The notes under the pieces: model-generated
The model's input: only the letters and a program-made list of their open reading frames with translations
The model's database searches: none
What the model was told of the DNA's origin: nothing
Assembly (NCBI RefSeq): GCF_902713615.1
Contig: NC_052158.1
Coordinates: forward strand, 17,914,546-17,978,545
From: Scyliorhinus canicula
Taxonomy: Eukaryota
DNA: 64,000 nt
Direction of reading: 5' to 3'
Shown: positions 1 through 12,527 of the stretch, one piece after another
How the letters are laid out: every line of letters starts with the position of its first letter
Position numbering within the stretch: position 1 is the first letter of the stretch
Translations under genes and position numbers: made by a program

Positions 1-1142
1 AAGGTTTCCCACGGTAGGCTATTGCAGAAAATAAGGAAGTATGGAATTGAAGGTGATTTAGCGGTTTGGATCAGTAATTGGCTAGCTGAAAGAAGACAGA
101 GGGTGGTGGTTGATGGCAAATGTTCATCCTGGAGTTCAGTTACTAGTGGTGTACCGCAAGGATCTGTTTTGGGGCCACTGCTGTTTGTCATTTTTATAAA
201 TGACCTGGAAGAGGGTGTAGAAGGATGGGTTAGTAAATTTGCAGATGACACGAAGGTCGGTGGAGTTGTGGATAATACTGAAGGATGTTATAGGATACAG
301 AGGGACATAGATAAGCTGCAGAGCTGGGCTGAGTGGTGGCAGATGGAGTTTAATGCGGAAAAGTGTGAGGTGGTTCACTTTGGAAGGAGTAACAGGAATG
401 CAGAGTACTGGGCTAATGGCAAGATTCTTGGTAGTGTCGATGAACAGAGAGATCTCGGCATCCAGGTACATAAATCCCTGAAAGTTGCCACCCAGGTTAA
501 TAGGGCTGTTAAGAAGGCATATGGTGTGCTAGCCTTTAGAAGCAGGGGGGTTGAGTTTCGGAACCACAAGGTCATGCTGCAGCTGTACATAACTCTGGTG
601 CGGCCGCACCTGGAGTACTGCGTGCAGTTCTGGTCACCACATTATAGGAAGGATGTGGAAGCTTTGGAAAGGGTTCAGAGGAGATTTACTAGGATGTTGC
701 CTGGTATGGAGGGAAGGTCTTACGAGGAAAGGCTCAGGAAATTGAGGTTGTTTTCATTAGAGAGGAGAAGGCTGAGAGGTGACTTAATAGAGACATATAA
801 GATAGTCAGAGGGTTAGATAGGGTGGACAGTGAGAGTCTTTTTCCTCGGATGGTGATGACCAACACGAGGGGACATAGCTTTAAATTGAGGGGTGATAGA
901 TATAGGACAGATGTCAGAGGCAGTTTCTTTACTCAGAGAGTAGTAGGGGTGTGGAACGCCCTGCCTGCAATAGTAGTAGACTCGCCAACTTTAAGGGCAT
1001 TTAAGTGGTCACTGGATAGACATATGGATGAAAATGGAATAGTGTAGGTCAGATAGGCTTCAGATGGTTTCACAGGTCGGCGCAACATCGAGGGCCGAAG
1101 GGCCCATACTGCGCTGTAGTGTTCTATGTTCTATGTTCTATG
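1..1142 (+). mobile_element. CR1 (HER1-like) LINE, 3' part, runs off the left edge
   Basis: Uninterrupted RT/C-terminal ORF 22-1047 (GVPQGSVLGP, KFADDTK, RPHLEYCVQFWSP); 3' tail ending in (GTTCTAT)n. Confidence 0.95.
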
Positions 1143-1366
1143 GTGTTTGAAGAAATTCAAGAGCACCTCCCTTCTTTGTGTTGAGGATGTGGTTGGGGTG
1201 GGGGAGATTTGCAGGGGAGGGAACTGTTTTAAAGACTGGTGTGGTTCACAGAGAAAAGGAAATAATGTTATAAATCTGACTTTATAAAAGTAAAAAAGGC
1301 TCCAGACACAATAAAGGGGTTAGTTTGATTTAGTTACAAAGTTGCTGACACTGAGTGTGTCACTGA

Positions 1367-1421
1367 TCACGTGAAGTGAAATCCAGGAAGTGGAACGCTG
1401 AACAGGAATTGAAAGTGAAAG
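1367..1421 (+). promoter_or_regulatory. Proximal promoter, copy 1: E-box TCACGTGA, ETS CAGGAAGTG, IRF-E/ISRE AATTGAAAGTGAAAG
   Basis: GAAAGTGAAA at 1411-1420 matches the GAAANNGAAA consensus, about 50 nt before the ATG. TATA-like TATAAAAG lies near 1283. Confidence 0.7.
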
Positions 1422-1461
1422 AGCTGGAACAGGGAAGGCGAGAGAGACTCTGGGCACTGAG

Positions 1462-4400
1462 ATGGCATCTCCAGATCTCACACAGGAACTAACCTGTCCC
1501 ATCTGTCTGGAGATATTCACCCACCCGGTGTTTCTGGAATGTGGGCATCATTTCTGCAGCTCCTGCATCTCCCAGAGTTGGCAGAAGGTCCCGGGAGATG
1601 TTTCCTGCCCCCAGTGTCGACAGGTCTTCACCCAGAGGAACGTCAGGCCCGCTCGGACCCTCATTAACATCGTGGAGAAGGTTAGAGAGGTGAAGGTGAA
1701 GGTGACACAGCCACAGGAGGAGTTTTACTGTCAGGAACACGAGGAGAAGCTGAAACTCTTCTGCGAAGATGAACACAAAGCGATCTGTCTGGTGTGTGGG
1801 ATGTCCAGAGCTCATAAGACGCACAGTGTGATCCCAATAAAGGAGGCAGCCCAGATCTTCAAGGTACTGGATCACTGCTCCTGCCACAGGTAGATGGGGA
1901 AGAGGGACAGGGTGTAAGTCACAGAGAGAGAGAGTGTTTGTAGAATGTGGGGAGGGGAAGAGAGAGCGGGAGAGACAGGGATAGGGAAGGGGAGAGGGAT
2001 GTTGAAAGAGGAGAGGGTTGGAGCGAGTAGAGGATTGATTGAGGAGGGGAATTAACCTGGAGGAGGATAATTGCAACAAACAGAATTAATCCACAGCTTC
2101 TACTTTGTTTATTGAGTGTAATCAATCCTGAGAATATCTCCTTCTCTACCTCACTGGCCTCACTCTATTTAAACACAGCAAACTCCCCCAGAAGGTGACA
2201 ATGATTGTTTCCTTTGATAAACCCATTTGTGTCCTTTCTGTCTCAGAACAAGTTAGAAACATCATTGGAAACTCTGCAGAAGCAAATGGACCTCAGTCTT
2301 CACAGTAAAAGAGAACGAGAGGATGGGATTTTCCACATGAAGGTAGGAGAGTGTCCTTTAGGCTTTGTGTAAACTTCCCTGTGTTTGTTATTCAGAGTGA
2401 GTGAGCTTCTCACACAGTCAGAGAGAGAGTTTTACTGAATAAAATCCAAAGTACACTGCGGGCTTCTCCCTGAACTGCAATATAAGGGACCGTCTGTAAA
2501 TTGCAGATTATTATAACAATGTTTAAATGTATTATTTTCTCTCTCAAGCCAATCCCATCGATTGATGAAATAAATCATGTGTGTAACTCACTCCCGGGGA
2601 TCCATTATTCTATATATGAACCATCGATTAGAATCCCCTCGATTAGATTCCAGTCTGTAACTCACTCCCGGCGATCCATTATTCTATATATGAACCATCG
2701 ATTAGAATCCCCTCGATTAGATTCCAGTCTGTAACTCACTCCCAGGAATCCATTATTCTATATATAAACCATCTCAACCCCTTGATTAGATTCCAGTCTG
2801 TAACTCACTCCCAGGAAATCATTATTCTATATATAAACCATCTCAACCCCTCGATTAGATTCCAGTCTGTAACTCACTCCCAGGTATCCATTATTCTATA
2901 TATAAACCATCTCAACCCCTCGATACGATTCCAGTCTGTAACTCACTCCCAGGTATCCATTATTCTATATATAAACCATCTCAACCCCTCGATTCGATTC
3001 CATTCTGTAACTCACTCCCAGGTATCTATTATTCTATACATAAACCATCTATACCCCTCGATTAGATTCCAGTCTGTAACTCACTCCCAGGTATCCATTA
3101 TTCTATATATAAACCATCTCAACCCCTCGATTCGATTCCAGTCTGTAACTCACTCCCAGGTATCCATTATTCTATATATAAACCATCTATACCCCTCGAT
3201 TAGATTCCAGTCTGTAACTCACCCCCAGGTATCCATTATTCTATATATAAACCATCTGAACTTCTCGATTAGAATCCAGTCTGTAACTCACCCCCAGGTA
3301 TCCATTATTCTATATATAAACCATCTGCATTCCGCGATTAGATTCCACTCAGTGACTCAGTCCTTGATGCCTATTATTTAATAATAAACGATTGGAATCA
3401 CTATATCATGTTTGTAACTCAGTCCCACATAGCTAAAGTTCCATCAAACTGTTCAGCCGGCAGTGAGCTGTTATCGTTTGTTATCCTTGCTGGATATAAA
3501 TTTTTATCCCTATATCCCAGTGGACAGAGACCATGGAGACTGGGATTAAGAACGTTGTTTATTCCGTTCTGTATTCAATCTGTTCCAGGCTGAAGTTGAC
3601 AGACTGAGAAATGAAATCAACAGTGAATTTGAAAAGATGCACAAGTTCCTGTTTGAGAAGGAGGAGCTGATGAAAGCAGAGTTGGAGAGAAAAAGCAATA
3701 AAATATTCGAGGAAATGGAGAACAATTTAACCAAAACCATGGATGAAATCTCTTCTCTTGAAGCAGCAATAAGAGATCTTAAATCGAGGCTGGAGGTACA
3801 ACTGGCCCCAGAGTTCCTCAAGGTACAAAATCTCTTTGTCTTGTCCAGTGAAACATTCCAGAGACGGAGGGCAGGCACTCTGACCTTTAACCTCTGGGTT
3901 TGGTTTAGGCCTCAGTCTGATTGGTTGGATGATTGTCTCTTTGTGCTGTCAGTAAGGGTCCAATGGGAAATGAGGTGAGATAATCTCAGTGTAATTCCTA
4001 TACACAGCGTAACCACGGCGCTGATTGATGATTGGACTCCGAGAGAGATGGGCTGGGAACTGGAGATGTTTACACTGCTGCAGATGGAGTTCTACTGAGA
4101 TCTGCTGAGGACGGGTTAAAGTGCATTATTGCAGGGGTGATGGAGCTATGGTTAGAGAGAAAAGAATGGGAACGGGTGAGGGTAGAACGCCCAGCTGGAC
4201 AACAGTGGAGAGGCGGTGGAGGAGGATGGTGTGATCGACCATGTCAAAGGCTGCAGACTGACCGGGAATAATGAGGAGGGAAAGTTTGTAAGGATGGGTT
4301 TTTTGGGGAGAGGGGTGAAGATGTAGATTTAAATGAGAGAGAGGGCCAACAGCTGAAGAGATGAAACAGTTTACAATCCCAGCTAACATGGGGGCCAGGA

Positions 4401-7400
4401 GGGGAGGTTGGGAGATCAGTAGTTTTTGGGAATTGGATGGAGGGGACAGGAGGTGGGTCTCATGGACAAGATGAGCTCCGAGAGGGAATGAAAGGAAAAT
4501 GTAAAAGTTATTTTCTAATTGAAATCTTGGTCTCTCAATTTCTACTCGAGATTTACAACAAGAACTCTTTAATCTGACTCGATCATATCTATTCTGTTTC
4601 TTTCCCCTCAGGATATTCAAGACCTGTTGTTGAGGTAAGCAGATATAAAGAAACAGTTTTGTGATGTGATCACTGCTGTCTCTCTAACACACACTGATTT
4701 CCAGACCTGTTTTTACAGGAGTCAGATGGAGTTTCACAAGCCTGGAACTGTCTCCACTCAGTTACCTGTGGCTATCGCTGGTGAACCAGTCAAATACATC
4801 AAAGTGTGGAGGGAAATGAGAGCCGTGATTTCACCAGGTATCATTCTCTGTATATTACTGTCTCCCTGCTGTTATCCACGTCATTAATGAGGTTTGACAC
4901 ACTGATGAAATGATCAGAAGATCAGAAGGAATAAGAACAGGAGTGGTCCAGCCCAGTGAACCTGCTCTGATTTTTGATCAGATCATGTCTGATCTGATTG
5001 TGGCCTTTACTCCACTTTCCTGCCTGTCCCAGATGACCCTTAACCACCCTGTTAATCAACAATTTGTGGAACTTGGTCATGAATCAATGACGCAGCCTCT
5101 GCTGCTCTCTGTGGTAGAGAATTCCAAAGACTAATATCCCTCTCCGAGAAGGAATTCCTCCTCATCTCTGTCTTCAATAGAGGCCCCTTCATGTAATGCT
5201 GTGTCACCTACACCTCGATTGACCCGGAGATCAAACATCCTCCCAGCATCTACCCTGGTGAAGGAATCCCCTCAAAATGTTATGTTTCAATAAGATAACC
5301 TCTTATTCTTCTAAACTCCAGTGAGTATAGACCCAACCAGCTCACCTTTCCTCATAAGGCAATCCCTTCATCCCAGGAATCAGCCCAGTGAACCTTCTCT
5401 GAACTCTGTCCAATAGAGTCTCTCCCTCCTGATGTAAGGAGATCAGATCTGAACACAGTACTCAAGCTGCAGTCTCACCAATCCCCTGTAAAGTTGGAGC
5501 AAGTCTTCCCTACTTTACACTCCATCCCTTTTCCAATTAAGGCCAACATTCCATTTCTTTCCCACATTCCTTGCTGCACCTGGACACTAGCTTTTAGTGA
5601 TTGATGTACAAGGTCCCCCAGATCCCTCTGTACTGCAGCATTCTGCTGTCTCTTTCTATTGAAATAATTTGCTGCTATTCTATTCTTCCAAAGCTCCCAT
5701 TTTCCCACATTATACTCCATCTGCTAAATCTTTGTCCACTCACTTAACCGGTCTATATCCCTCCGCAGACACTTTGTATCCTCCTCACAACTTCCCGACC
5801 TAACTTTGTGGCATCAGAAAATTTGGCTCCAGCATATTCGGTTTCTTCATCCAATCAGGAATATTGATCATAAATAGTTGTATCCCCATCACTGATCAGT
5901 AATCTCGGGAATTTGCAAAGATTACAACCAATGAATCCACTTTCTCTCCAGCCCCTCCTTTAAAATCCTGGGATTACGGACATCAGGGCCAGGGGACAAG
6001 TTGCCTTTAATCCCGTTAGTTTTGCAGATATTTTTTCTCTGGTGATCATGATTGTTCAAAATGTATCCCTCCCTTTTCCCTCCTGCTTTTCCCCAACACT
6101 GGATGACCCCATGTATTGTTCTCTGTATATTGTTGGGTATTTTTCTTTCCCCAGGTTATAAGAAAACATTTATTTAACAATATTTTGACATTTCTGAGGG
6201 ACATTGCCAGACCTCAGCACAGAGCACCTATTGGTCCCCACATGCCCCGTTGCTAAGACTGATACGCTTCCCCTCACTCCGTACACCAGTTACCATGACT
6301 ACACTCTGTCCGCTTCTGTGGCCAAGAACAGGAACTCCCAACTTAGGCAGACATCACCTTCTGTCTCTCCCTCAGCACTTTGCCTTGCTGTGAATGGAAT
6401 TCAGTTCAGAGAAGTGTGAGGTTAATGTATTGGGAGAGGGAAGATATGACAAGGGAATAGACAATAAGTGGTAAGATAGTGAGAGGTGTGGAGGAACAGA
6501 GGGAGATTTGAGTTTATCTCCACAGATTCAGGACAGGTGGATAAAGTGGTGACGATAACACACCGGATATTTTCCTGTACTGACCACGGAATAGAAAATA
6601 AGCGCTGGGAGCTAATGTCGGAACTTTATTAAACACTAGGTAGTCTACAGCTAGAGTACTTAGTATCTTTCTGGTCAGTGTGTTGGAGAGGTTACCGAGG
6701 AGATTAATGAGGGTGTTGGCTGGTTCAGAGAACATGAGTTCTGCGTTATGATTGGATAGATTGGGGTTGTTTTCATTGGATCAGAGGAGGCTGAGGGGAG
6801 ATTTAGTTGAGGTGTATAAAATTAGGAGTGTCCAGATAGAGTGGAAAGGAAATCCCGAGTCCCATTGCCTCGGGGTCCCTGATCAGGGAGAATAGATACA
6901 GGGTAAGAGGGAGGAGGGTTAAAGGGATTATTTTCACACACAATGTGGTCTAGATCTAGGACTCACAGCCTGAAAGGTTGATAGAGGCAGAAACCCTCAT
7001 AACATTTATTAAGTAATCAGATCTGCACTGAAAGTGCTGTAACCAAAAGAGTTACGGAGCAGGAACTGGAAACCGGGATTGGGCTGGAGAATTATTTTTC
7101 AGCCGAATCTCCCAGGTTGGTCTGAAATTGCCTCTTTCTGTGAATCCCAGAATGTTTACAAACTGAGAGGTGACCATTCGGTCCATTGTGTTCCTGCTAG
7201 CTCACTGCATAATCAACTCACCCAGGGCCATTCCTTCACCTTTTTCTCTGTCGCTCTGCAGATTTAAGTTCTTCAGTTAATGATTCAATTCCATATGAAA
7301 GCTATGATTGAATCTGATTCCACCACAGTGCATTCCTGATCCTAAACACTCGCTGTGTGAAAAGGTTTTTCCTCACGTTAATGTGGCTTCTTTTGTCAAT

Positions 7401-8470
7401 CAGTTTAAATTCTGTGTCCTCTGGTTCTCTTCTCTCAGTGGAACCACCTCAGCTTCTCCAATCTGTGTCCGTAACTGAATTTCCTCATCCCAGGAATCAT
7501 TGTGGTGAATGTTTCCTGCTCTCTCTCTAATGCCCTCACATCCTCCCTCAAAGTGTGTTTCCCAGATCAGAGTTGAGGGTTAACCAGTGTTTATACAGAT
7601 ATAACTTTGTCACTCTATTCTGTGTTAATAAAGCCTAAGATGCTGTATTCTTTATTAACCACTCTCTCTCCTTGTCCTGTCACCCCTAATTGTGAAATGA
7701 TATCCTGTGCATCAAGGTTTAGGTCATTAATTTACATCAGGAAAGTCAGAACCCTTTGAACACCAATGTATATCTATCTTCAGTCTGAACAAGCAACAAC
7801 TGTCATTCACCCCGTTTCATATCCATGTTGCTACTGTCCTCGTTATTCTGTATATTTTCTATGTTTCTGCCTGTTAGGGTGACTGTTCCCCTGTTGCCAC
7901 GGAGACTAGGGAACATACGAGGAGGTTAAAGGGCAAAACCGTGTATTGAGATATTGAAGTTATTTCTCTGTCATTTAGATGTCAATTTTCCACCAGGATC
8001 ACTCCTTCCAGCTCTACAGCCCCCTTGTCCTGGCTGAGATCTCAGAGGGGGGTGTAGGGCTGGAGGAGGAGAGCCCACTCCCTTTTCCTGACTGAGATCT
8101 TGGAGGGGGTGTAGGGCTGGAGCGGTGGAGCCCACCCCCTTGTCCTGGCTGAGACCTCAGAGGGGGGTGTAGGGCTGGAGGAGGAGAGCCCAGCCCCTTG
8201 TCCTGACTGATATCTCGGAGGGGGGTGTAGGGCTGGAGGAGGAGAGCCCACCCCTTGTCCTGACTGAGATTTCGGAGGGGGGGGGGGTTGTAGGGCTGGA
8301 GGGGGAGAGCCCATCCATTTGTCCTGACTGAGATCTCGGAGGGGAGGGGGTTGTTGGGCTGGAGGAGGTGACAGAGATAGGGGACGCGATTCTCCGCTCC
8401 CCATGCCAGGTGGGAGAATAGCGGGAGGGCCTGGCGACTCATTTCACGCCCCCCTGACGCTTCCAGCGAT

Positions 8471-8501
<31 letters not shown>

Positions 8502-10273
8502 CTCGGAAGAATCAGCGCTCGCTGTTTTTCACAGCGACCGCCGACTCTCCGACCCGGATGGGCCGAGCGGCCGGCCGTTTGCGACCGTTTCACGTCGGCG
8601 GCAAACACACCTGGTCGCTGCCGTCGTGAAAACGCCGTAAGATGCCCGTTTGGGGCTTGTAGGGGGACTGGTGGGGACTGAGCACCACGACTGTTCTCGG
8701 GAGGGGACAGGCCTGCAATCGGTGCCCACCGATGGTCGGGCTGGCGTCTCAACGGGACGCACTAATTCCCCTCCACCGCCCCACAAGATCAAGCCGCCAC
8801 GTCTTGCGGGGCGGCTGAGAGGGAAGACGGCAACTGCGCATGCGCGGGTTGGAGCTGGCCAATCTGCGCATGCGCGGCTGACGTCACATAGGCGCCCTCG
8901 ACGGGCATTCTTGGTGCGCCAAGGCCCAGCAGTTGAGAATAAAGGAGCGCTGCTCCTAGCCCCCCGGGTGGGGGTGAAACTCAGCCAAGTTCACGACGGC
9001 CTTCACGATTTTTCCCGGGAGCGGAGAATCCCGCCCAGGGTGTGGGCAGTGAGAATTTTAAGATCGAGGCTGTTGGAACCAACAATTCTATGGGACATGT
9101 GCTTGTAGGATTAGAATAGCGGTTTTAATATACTCACAACAGAGCCAGCCTATTAGCCATTGAACTTTCGGTGAACTGGCCGGCTGACCATGTGGTACTG
9201 ATCTTTATACAGCAGCTTCCGGGGGAGGAGTCCTGGGCAGAGCCAAGGGAGACATCCCGTACAACTCGACCATTCCCAGCTACTCCCCCTGGAGGACAGG
9301 TAGTGCAACTGCACTTACAATATAGACACATGTATATACAGATTATAATCCGGTGTGAATCACATTCACCACAGAGGCATTGCTGGGTTCGAAGCTGATG
9401 TGGATCAGTGAGCACTGGGGGGGCTGAAATTGTCAACAGGGGACAACCAGTGTCAGATTCCAGTAGATTGAGTTCAGGGCGGTGACTGACTTCCTACAAC
9501 TCGTCTTCACCGAGGTCCTGGACTGGAGAGAGATCTTTATTCTCAGTGAATTGATGCTGATCTGAGCTGAGTGAATGGAGCTGAGGGAATGGGGAGGAAT
9601 TTCTTCAGACACTCTGTCGCTGAGCTTCCACAGTTCCTGCGCTGTGGAAAGTGGTGATGTCCCATCACCGTCTGTACACGTCCCGTCATTCACTCCTGTT
9701 TTTCTTATAGTAACAGCTTCCCAATCATGTTCTCTTCCAGTTCCAGCATCTCTCACCCTGGACCTGGAGACAGCAAACAGCGGACTCATCATTTCACAGG
9801 ATCTGACTAGTGTGAGGGACGGAAGTGAGGAGCCAGATCGACCTGATCATCCGAAAAGATTTGAAATGAGCTTGTATGTTTTGAGCTCCCAGAGTTTCAC
9901 ATCAGGGAGACACTACTGGGAGGTGGGTCTTGGAAACAAACCTCTCTGGATTGTGGGTGTCTGCAGAGAGTCTGTCGACAGGAAAGCATACATCTCAGAG
10001 TCAGCTGAGAATGGATTCTGGACCATCGCCCGGCTTTCTAGCGGCAAATTATTGAAGATCCCAGGTGTCATCTCCCAGCTGGAAGTGAAAACCCGGAAGT
10101 TGGGAATTTACCTGGATTATGAGGGAGGACAGGTGTCATTTTACGATGCTGAGGACATGTCTCACCTGTACACCTTCACTGACACATTCACCGAAAAACT
10201 CTATCCCATCTTTAATCCCTGTAATAATGACTTTGGTGATAACTCTGAGCCACTCACATTGCTCTCTGGGTAA
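1462..10273 (+). CDS. TRIM E3 ligase copy 1 (RING-Bbox2-coiled coil-PRY/SPRY, class IV; TRIM35/39/69/A33-like), about 468 aa
   Basis: Exons 1462-1863, 2247-2342 (96 nt), 3589-3822 (234), 4612-4634 (23), 4719-4837 (119), 9741-10273. All introns GT-AG and phases compatible (1407 nt). C3HC4 RING CPIC..CGHHFC..C..CPQC, B-box CQEH..LFC..C..C..H..H, PRY LTLD, SPRY SGRHYWEV, LDYEGGQVSFY, LYPIF. Confidence 0.93.
2575..3360 (+). repeat. 69-bp minisatellite in intron 2 (about 11 units); paralogous arrays 16560-17125, 34430-34995, 45510-46255
   Basis: Unit ATTAGATTCCAGTCTGTAACTCACTCCCAGGTATCCATTATTCTATATATAAACCATCTSAACCCCTCG. Confidence 0.95.
4100..4500 (-). mobile_element. Degenerate L2-like LINE RT fragment in intron 3 (all four copies)
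   Basis: DLSAAFDTVDH.ILLHRL motif in ORFs 4126-4620, 17895-18158 and 47018-47224. Confidence 0.7.
4915..7800. mobile_element. Patchwork of old CR1 remnants in intron 5 (minus about 4915-6060, plus about 6390-7100, minus about 7160-7800), shared by all copies
   Basis: MEYNVGKWE, VQRDLGDLVHQSLK, RRLRGDLI motifs, heavily decayed; boundaries approximate. Confidence 0.7.
8015..8372. repeat. About 59-bp G-rich minisatellite in intron 5; paralogous at 26468-26875, 39655-39882, 50175-50348
   Basis: Unit CCCCTTGTCCTGRCTGAGATCTCRGAG(G)nTGTAGGGCTGGAGGAGGAGAGCCCAC, 3-7 copies. Confidence 0.9.
8382..9036. mobile_element. GC-rich non-autonomous TIR element (PIF/Harbinger-type MITE), copy 1 only
   Basis: Ends GGACGCGATTCTCCGCTCCC and GGGAGCGGAGAATCCCGCCC are inverted repeats; 3-bp TSD AGG; absent at about 26882. 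Confidence 0.82.
9071..9373 (-). mobile_element. Solo LTR (303 bp), copy 1 intron 5
   Basis: TGTTGGAA...TTCACCACA termini; 5-bp TSD GAGGC (9066-70, 9374-78); empty site TGAGGCATTGC at about 26911; TATA and ATTAAA on the minus strand. Confidence 0.8.
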
Positions 10274-10570
10274 CACAGTGGGACACGTTTTGGGAGGTCG
10301 GAGTTTTAGTGAGAAGCCTGATTCCCTGTCTGAACAGCTCATGTTGTCCTGATTCTCTGCTGTGTGCTGTCAGGGGGTGAGTGTGTCTCTGTATTGTTTA
10401 TTCTGTAAATTTAACTCAGATTCTCCACCCATCCCACTGTCCCGATCTCAATCTAATGGGATCCATAAACACTGGGCTGGTATAGAATGAAGCAAAATCT
10501 CCTGAATTGTGGTAACTGTGCCCAGCTCTCGAACAATTCATTGTCAATCTTTATTTTGTTTCCTCCCTTG

Positions 10571-10576
10571 AATAAA
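10571..10576 (+). terminator. Polyadenylation signal AATAAA, copy 1 (paralogous at 41516-41521 and 51802-51807; GATAAA at 28106 in copy 2)
   Basis: About 300 nt after the stop, followed by T/GT-rich sequence, position conserved among copies. Confidence 0.6.
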
Positions 10577-10659
10577 TATTTTATTTGAAGACGGGACTGA
10601 CACCTGGTGTGATGATTATTGATTCAGTGAATGAGTAGAAAGAATGTTTTTTCACTCCT

Positions 10660-11501
10660 GTATGGGATGTGGGTGTCGCTGGCTGAGCCCTCGTTGCCCA
10701 TCCCTAATTGCCCTTGAGAAGCTGGTGTAGGTACACCCACAGTGCTGTTAGGGATGGAGTTCCAGGATTTGACCCAGCGACAGTGAAGGAACAGCCAATA
10801 TGTTTCCAAGTCAGGATGGTGAGTGACTGGAAGGGAACCTCCAGGTGGTGGTATCAGGAATGAGAATATCAGAATAGGTTCCGGAGTAGGACCTGTGACC
10901 ATTCGGGAAGATCCTGTCTGAACATCAACATCGACTCCACTTTCCCATCCTATCCTTTCATTCCCTTTGTACTCAGGAATATATCGCTCTCTGTGTTGAA
11001 TATACTCACTGACATCTCACCAAGAGGGAGAGAATTCCAAAGATTCACAACTCTCTCTGAGGGAAGGAATTTCTCCTCATCTCAGTCTTAAATGGACGAC
11101 CCCTTATCCTGATTCTGTGACCCCTCGTTCCAGACCAGTCTCAGCATCTACCCTGTCAGGATCTCTGAGAATTGTACATGTTTCAATAAGATCATCTCTT
11201 ATTCTTCTAAACGTCAAAGAATATAGAGCCATCCAACTCAATCCTTCCTCATATCGGAAAACCCTTTCATCCCAAGAATCAATTCCGTGAACCTTCATTG
11301 CTCCCTCTAAGGTAAGTATATGTTTCCTCAGGTAAGGAGACTGAAACTGTCCACAGCCCTCCAGCTGTGTCCACACTCAATCCCTGTTACATTGCAGCAA
11401 GACTTATTCTCTTATACTTCAACCCCATTGTAATAAAGGCTAAGATACCATTTCCCTCCCTAATTGTTCACTGTATCTGCTTGTTACCTTTCTCTGCTTC
11501 A
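10660..11501 (-). mobile_element. Old non-LTR retroelement 3' remnants downstream of each gene (including CR1 at about 10865-11501)
   Basis: SWNSLPNSTVGVPTP and QFQSPYLRK..RRIRDDLIE motifs on the minus strand; present in each spacer. Confidence 0.65.
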
Positions 11502-12527
11502 GTGTATTTCGGGGTGTTGCCATTTAGGGTAGGTGGGGATAGGTTTAGGGATCTGGGGGTCCAGGTGACAGGGGTGTAGGCGACAATGCATAAGTGGAAC
11601 TTAACAAAGTTGGTGGAGGAGATAAAGGAGGACTTTAGGATGTGGGATACACAACGCCTGATGCTGGCAGGAAGGGTCCAAGTGGTTAAGGTGAATGTCT
11701 TGCCAAGGTTTTTATTTGGATTTCAGATGCTTCCGATTTTTATTCCGAAGGCCTACTTCCGGAGTTTGGTCAATGTAATTTGGGAGTTTATTTGGGCGGG
11801 GAAGGTGCCAAGGGTGAAGTGGGCCCTGATACAGAGGCAGGGAGTGAAAGGGGACTTGGCGTTACCGAACCTGCTGTACTATTATTGGGCGGTGAATGTG
11901 GAGAAAGTGAGGTGATAGTGGGAGGGAGAGAGGCCGGAATGGGTTAGGATGGAGGAGGAGTCCTGTAGGGGGCCCAGCTTCAGGGCCATGGTAACGGTGG
12001 CACTACCGTTGTCACCGAGGGGATATACGGAGAGCCCGGGTGTACAGTCCACGGTTAGGGTGTGGAACCAGCTGAGGAGACACTTTAGGATGGAGGGGAT
12101 GTCGGTGCTAATACTGTTGTGTGTGAACCACGGATTCAAACCGAGGGAGACGGATGGCATGTACAGGAGGTGGAGAGAGGTGGGGTTGATGAGGGCCAGG
12201 GATTTATATTTGGAGGAGAGGTTCTCCAGTCTGGAAGAGCTGCGGGACAGGGTGGAGCTCCCGAGGGGGGAGTGATTTTAGGTATTTCCAAGTGAGGGTC
12301 TTTGCATGGAAGGTGTGGAAAGGGTTCCCCAGGCTACCGAAGTCGCCCTATTGGAATGGCTGCTGCTTCCGGACATGGAGGAGAAGGGTAGGATTGGGGA
12401 CATATTGGGGGAGCAGGGAGAATGCACATGGTAAGGATTAAGGAGAAATGGGAGGAGGAGTTGGGGGGAGATAGGGGAGTGGTGAATGAGGCGCTGGGTG
12501 GGGTGAATTTAACCTGTTGTGTGCGGA
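11502..12527 (+). mobile_element. L1-clade LINE ORF2 fragment; its 3' end lies inverted at about 13558-13757
   Basis: F(R)YLGVQV, GRVQVVKVNVLPRFLF, FIWAGKVPR, LALPNL..YYWA motifs. Confidence 0.85.

Noticed and set aside
1864-1893. Exon-1 read-through giving a RING+B-box-only protein
   Set aside because: Nine codons to an intronic stop is expected by chance; needs intron-retention data.
1489-2079. Conserved ~193-aa antisense ORF over exon 1 in all copies
   Set aside because: Shadow of the RING exon plus a purine-rich intron; conservation is explained by recent duplication; non-ATG start.
2782-3381. 23-aa repeat ORFs (IRFQSVTHSQVSIILYINHLNPS), also 12438-13010, 29936-30868 and 55573-56055
   Set aside because: Translation of a 69-bp minisatellite (a multiple of 3) in intronic/intergenic DNA; no evidence of coding.
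9575-9740. ATG-initiated stand-alone B30.2 ORF (MELREW...)
   Set aside because: The extension is intronic, a strong phase-compatible acceptor exists at 9740, and copy 2 has ACG instead of ATG.
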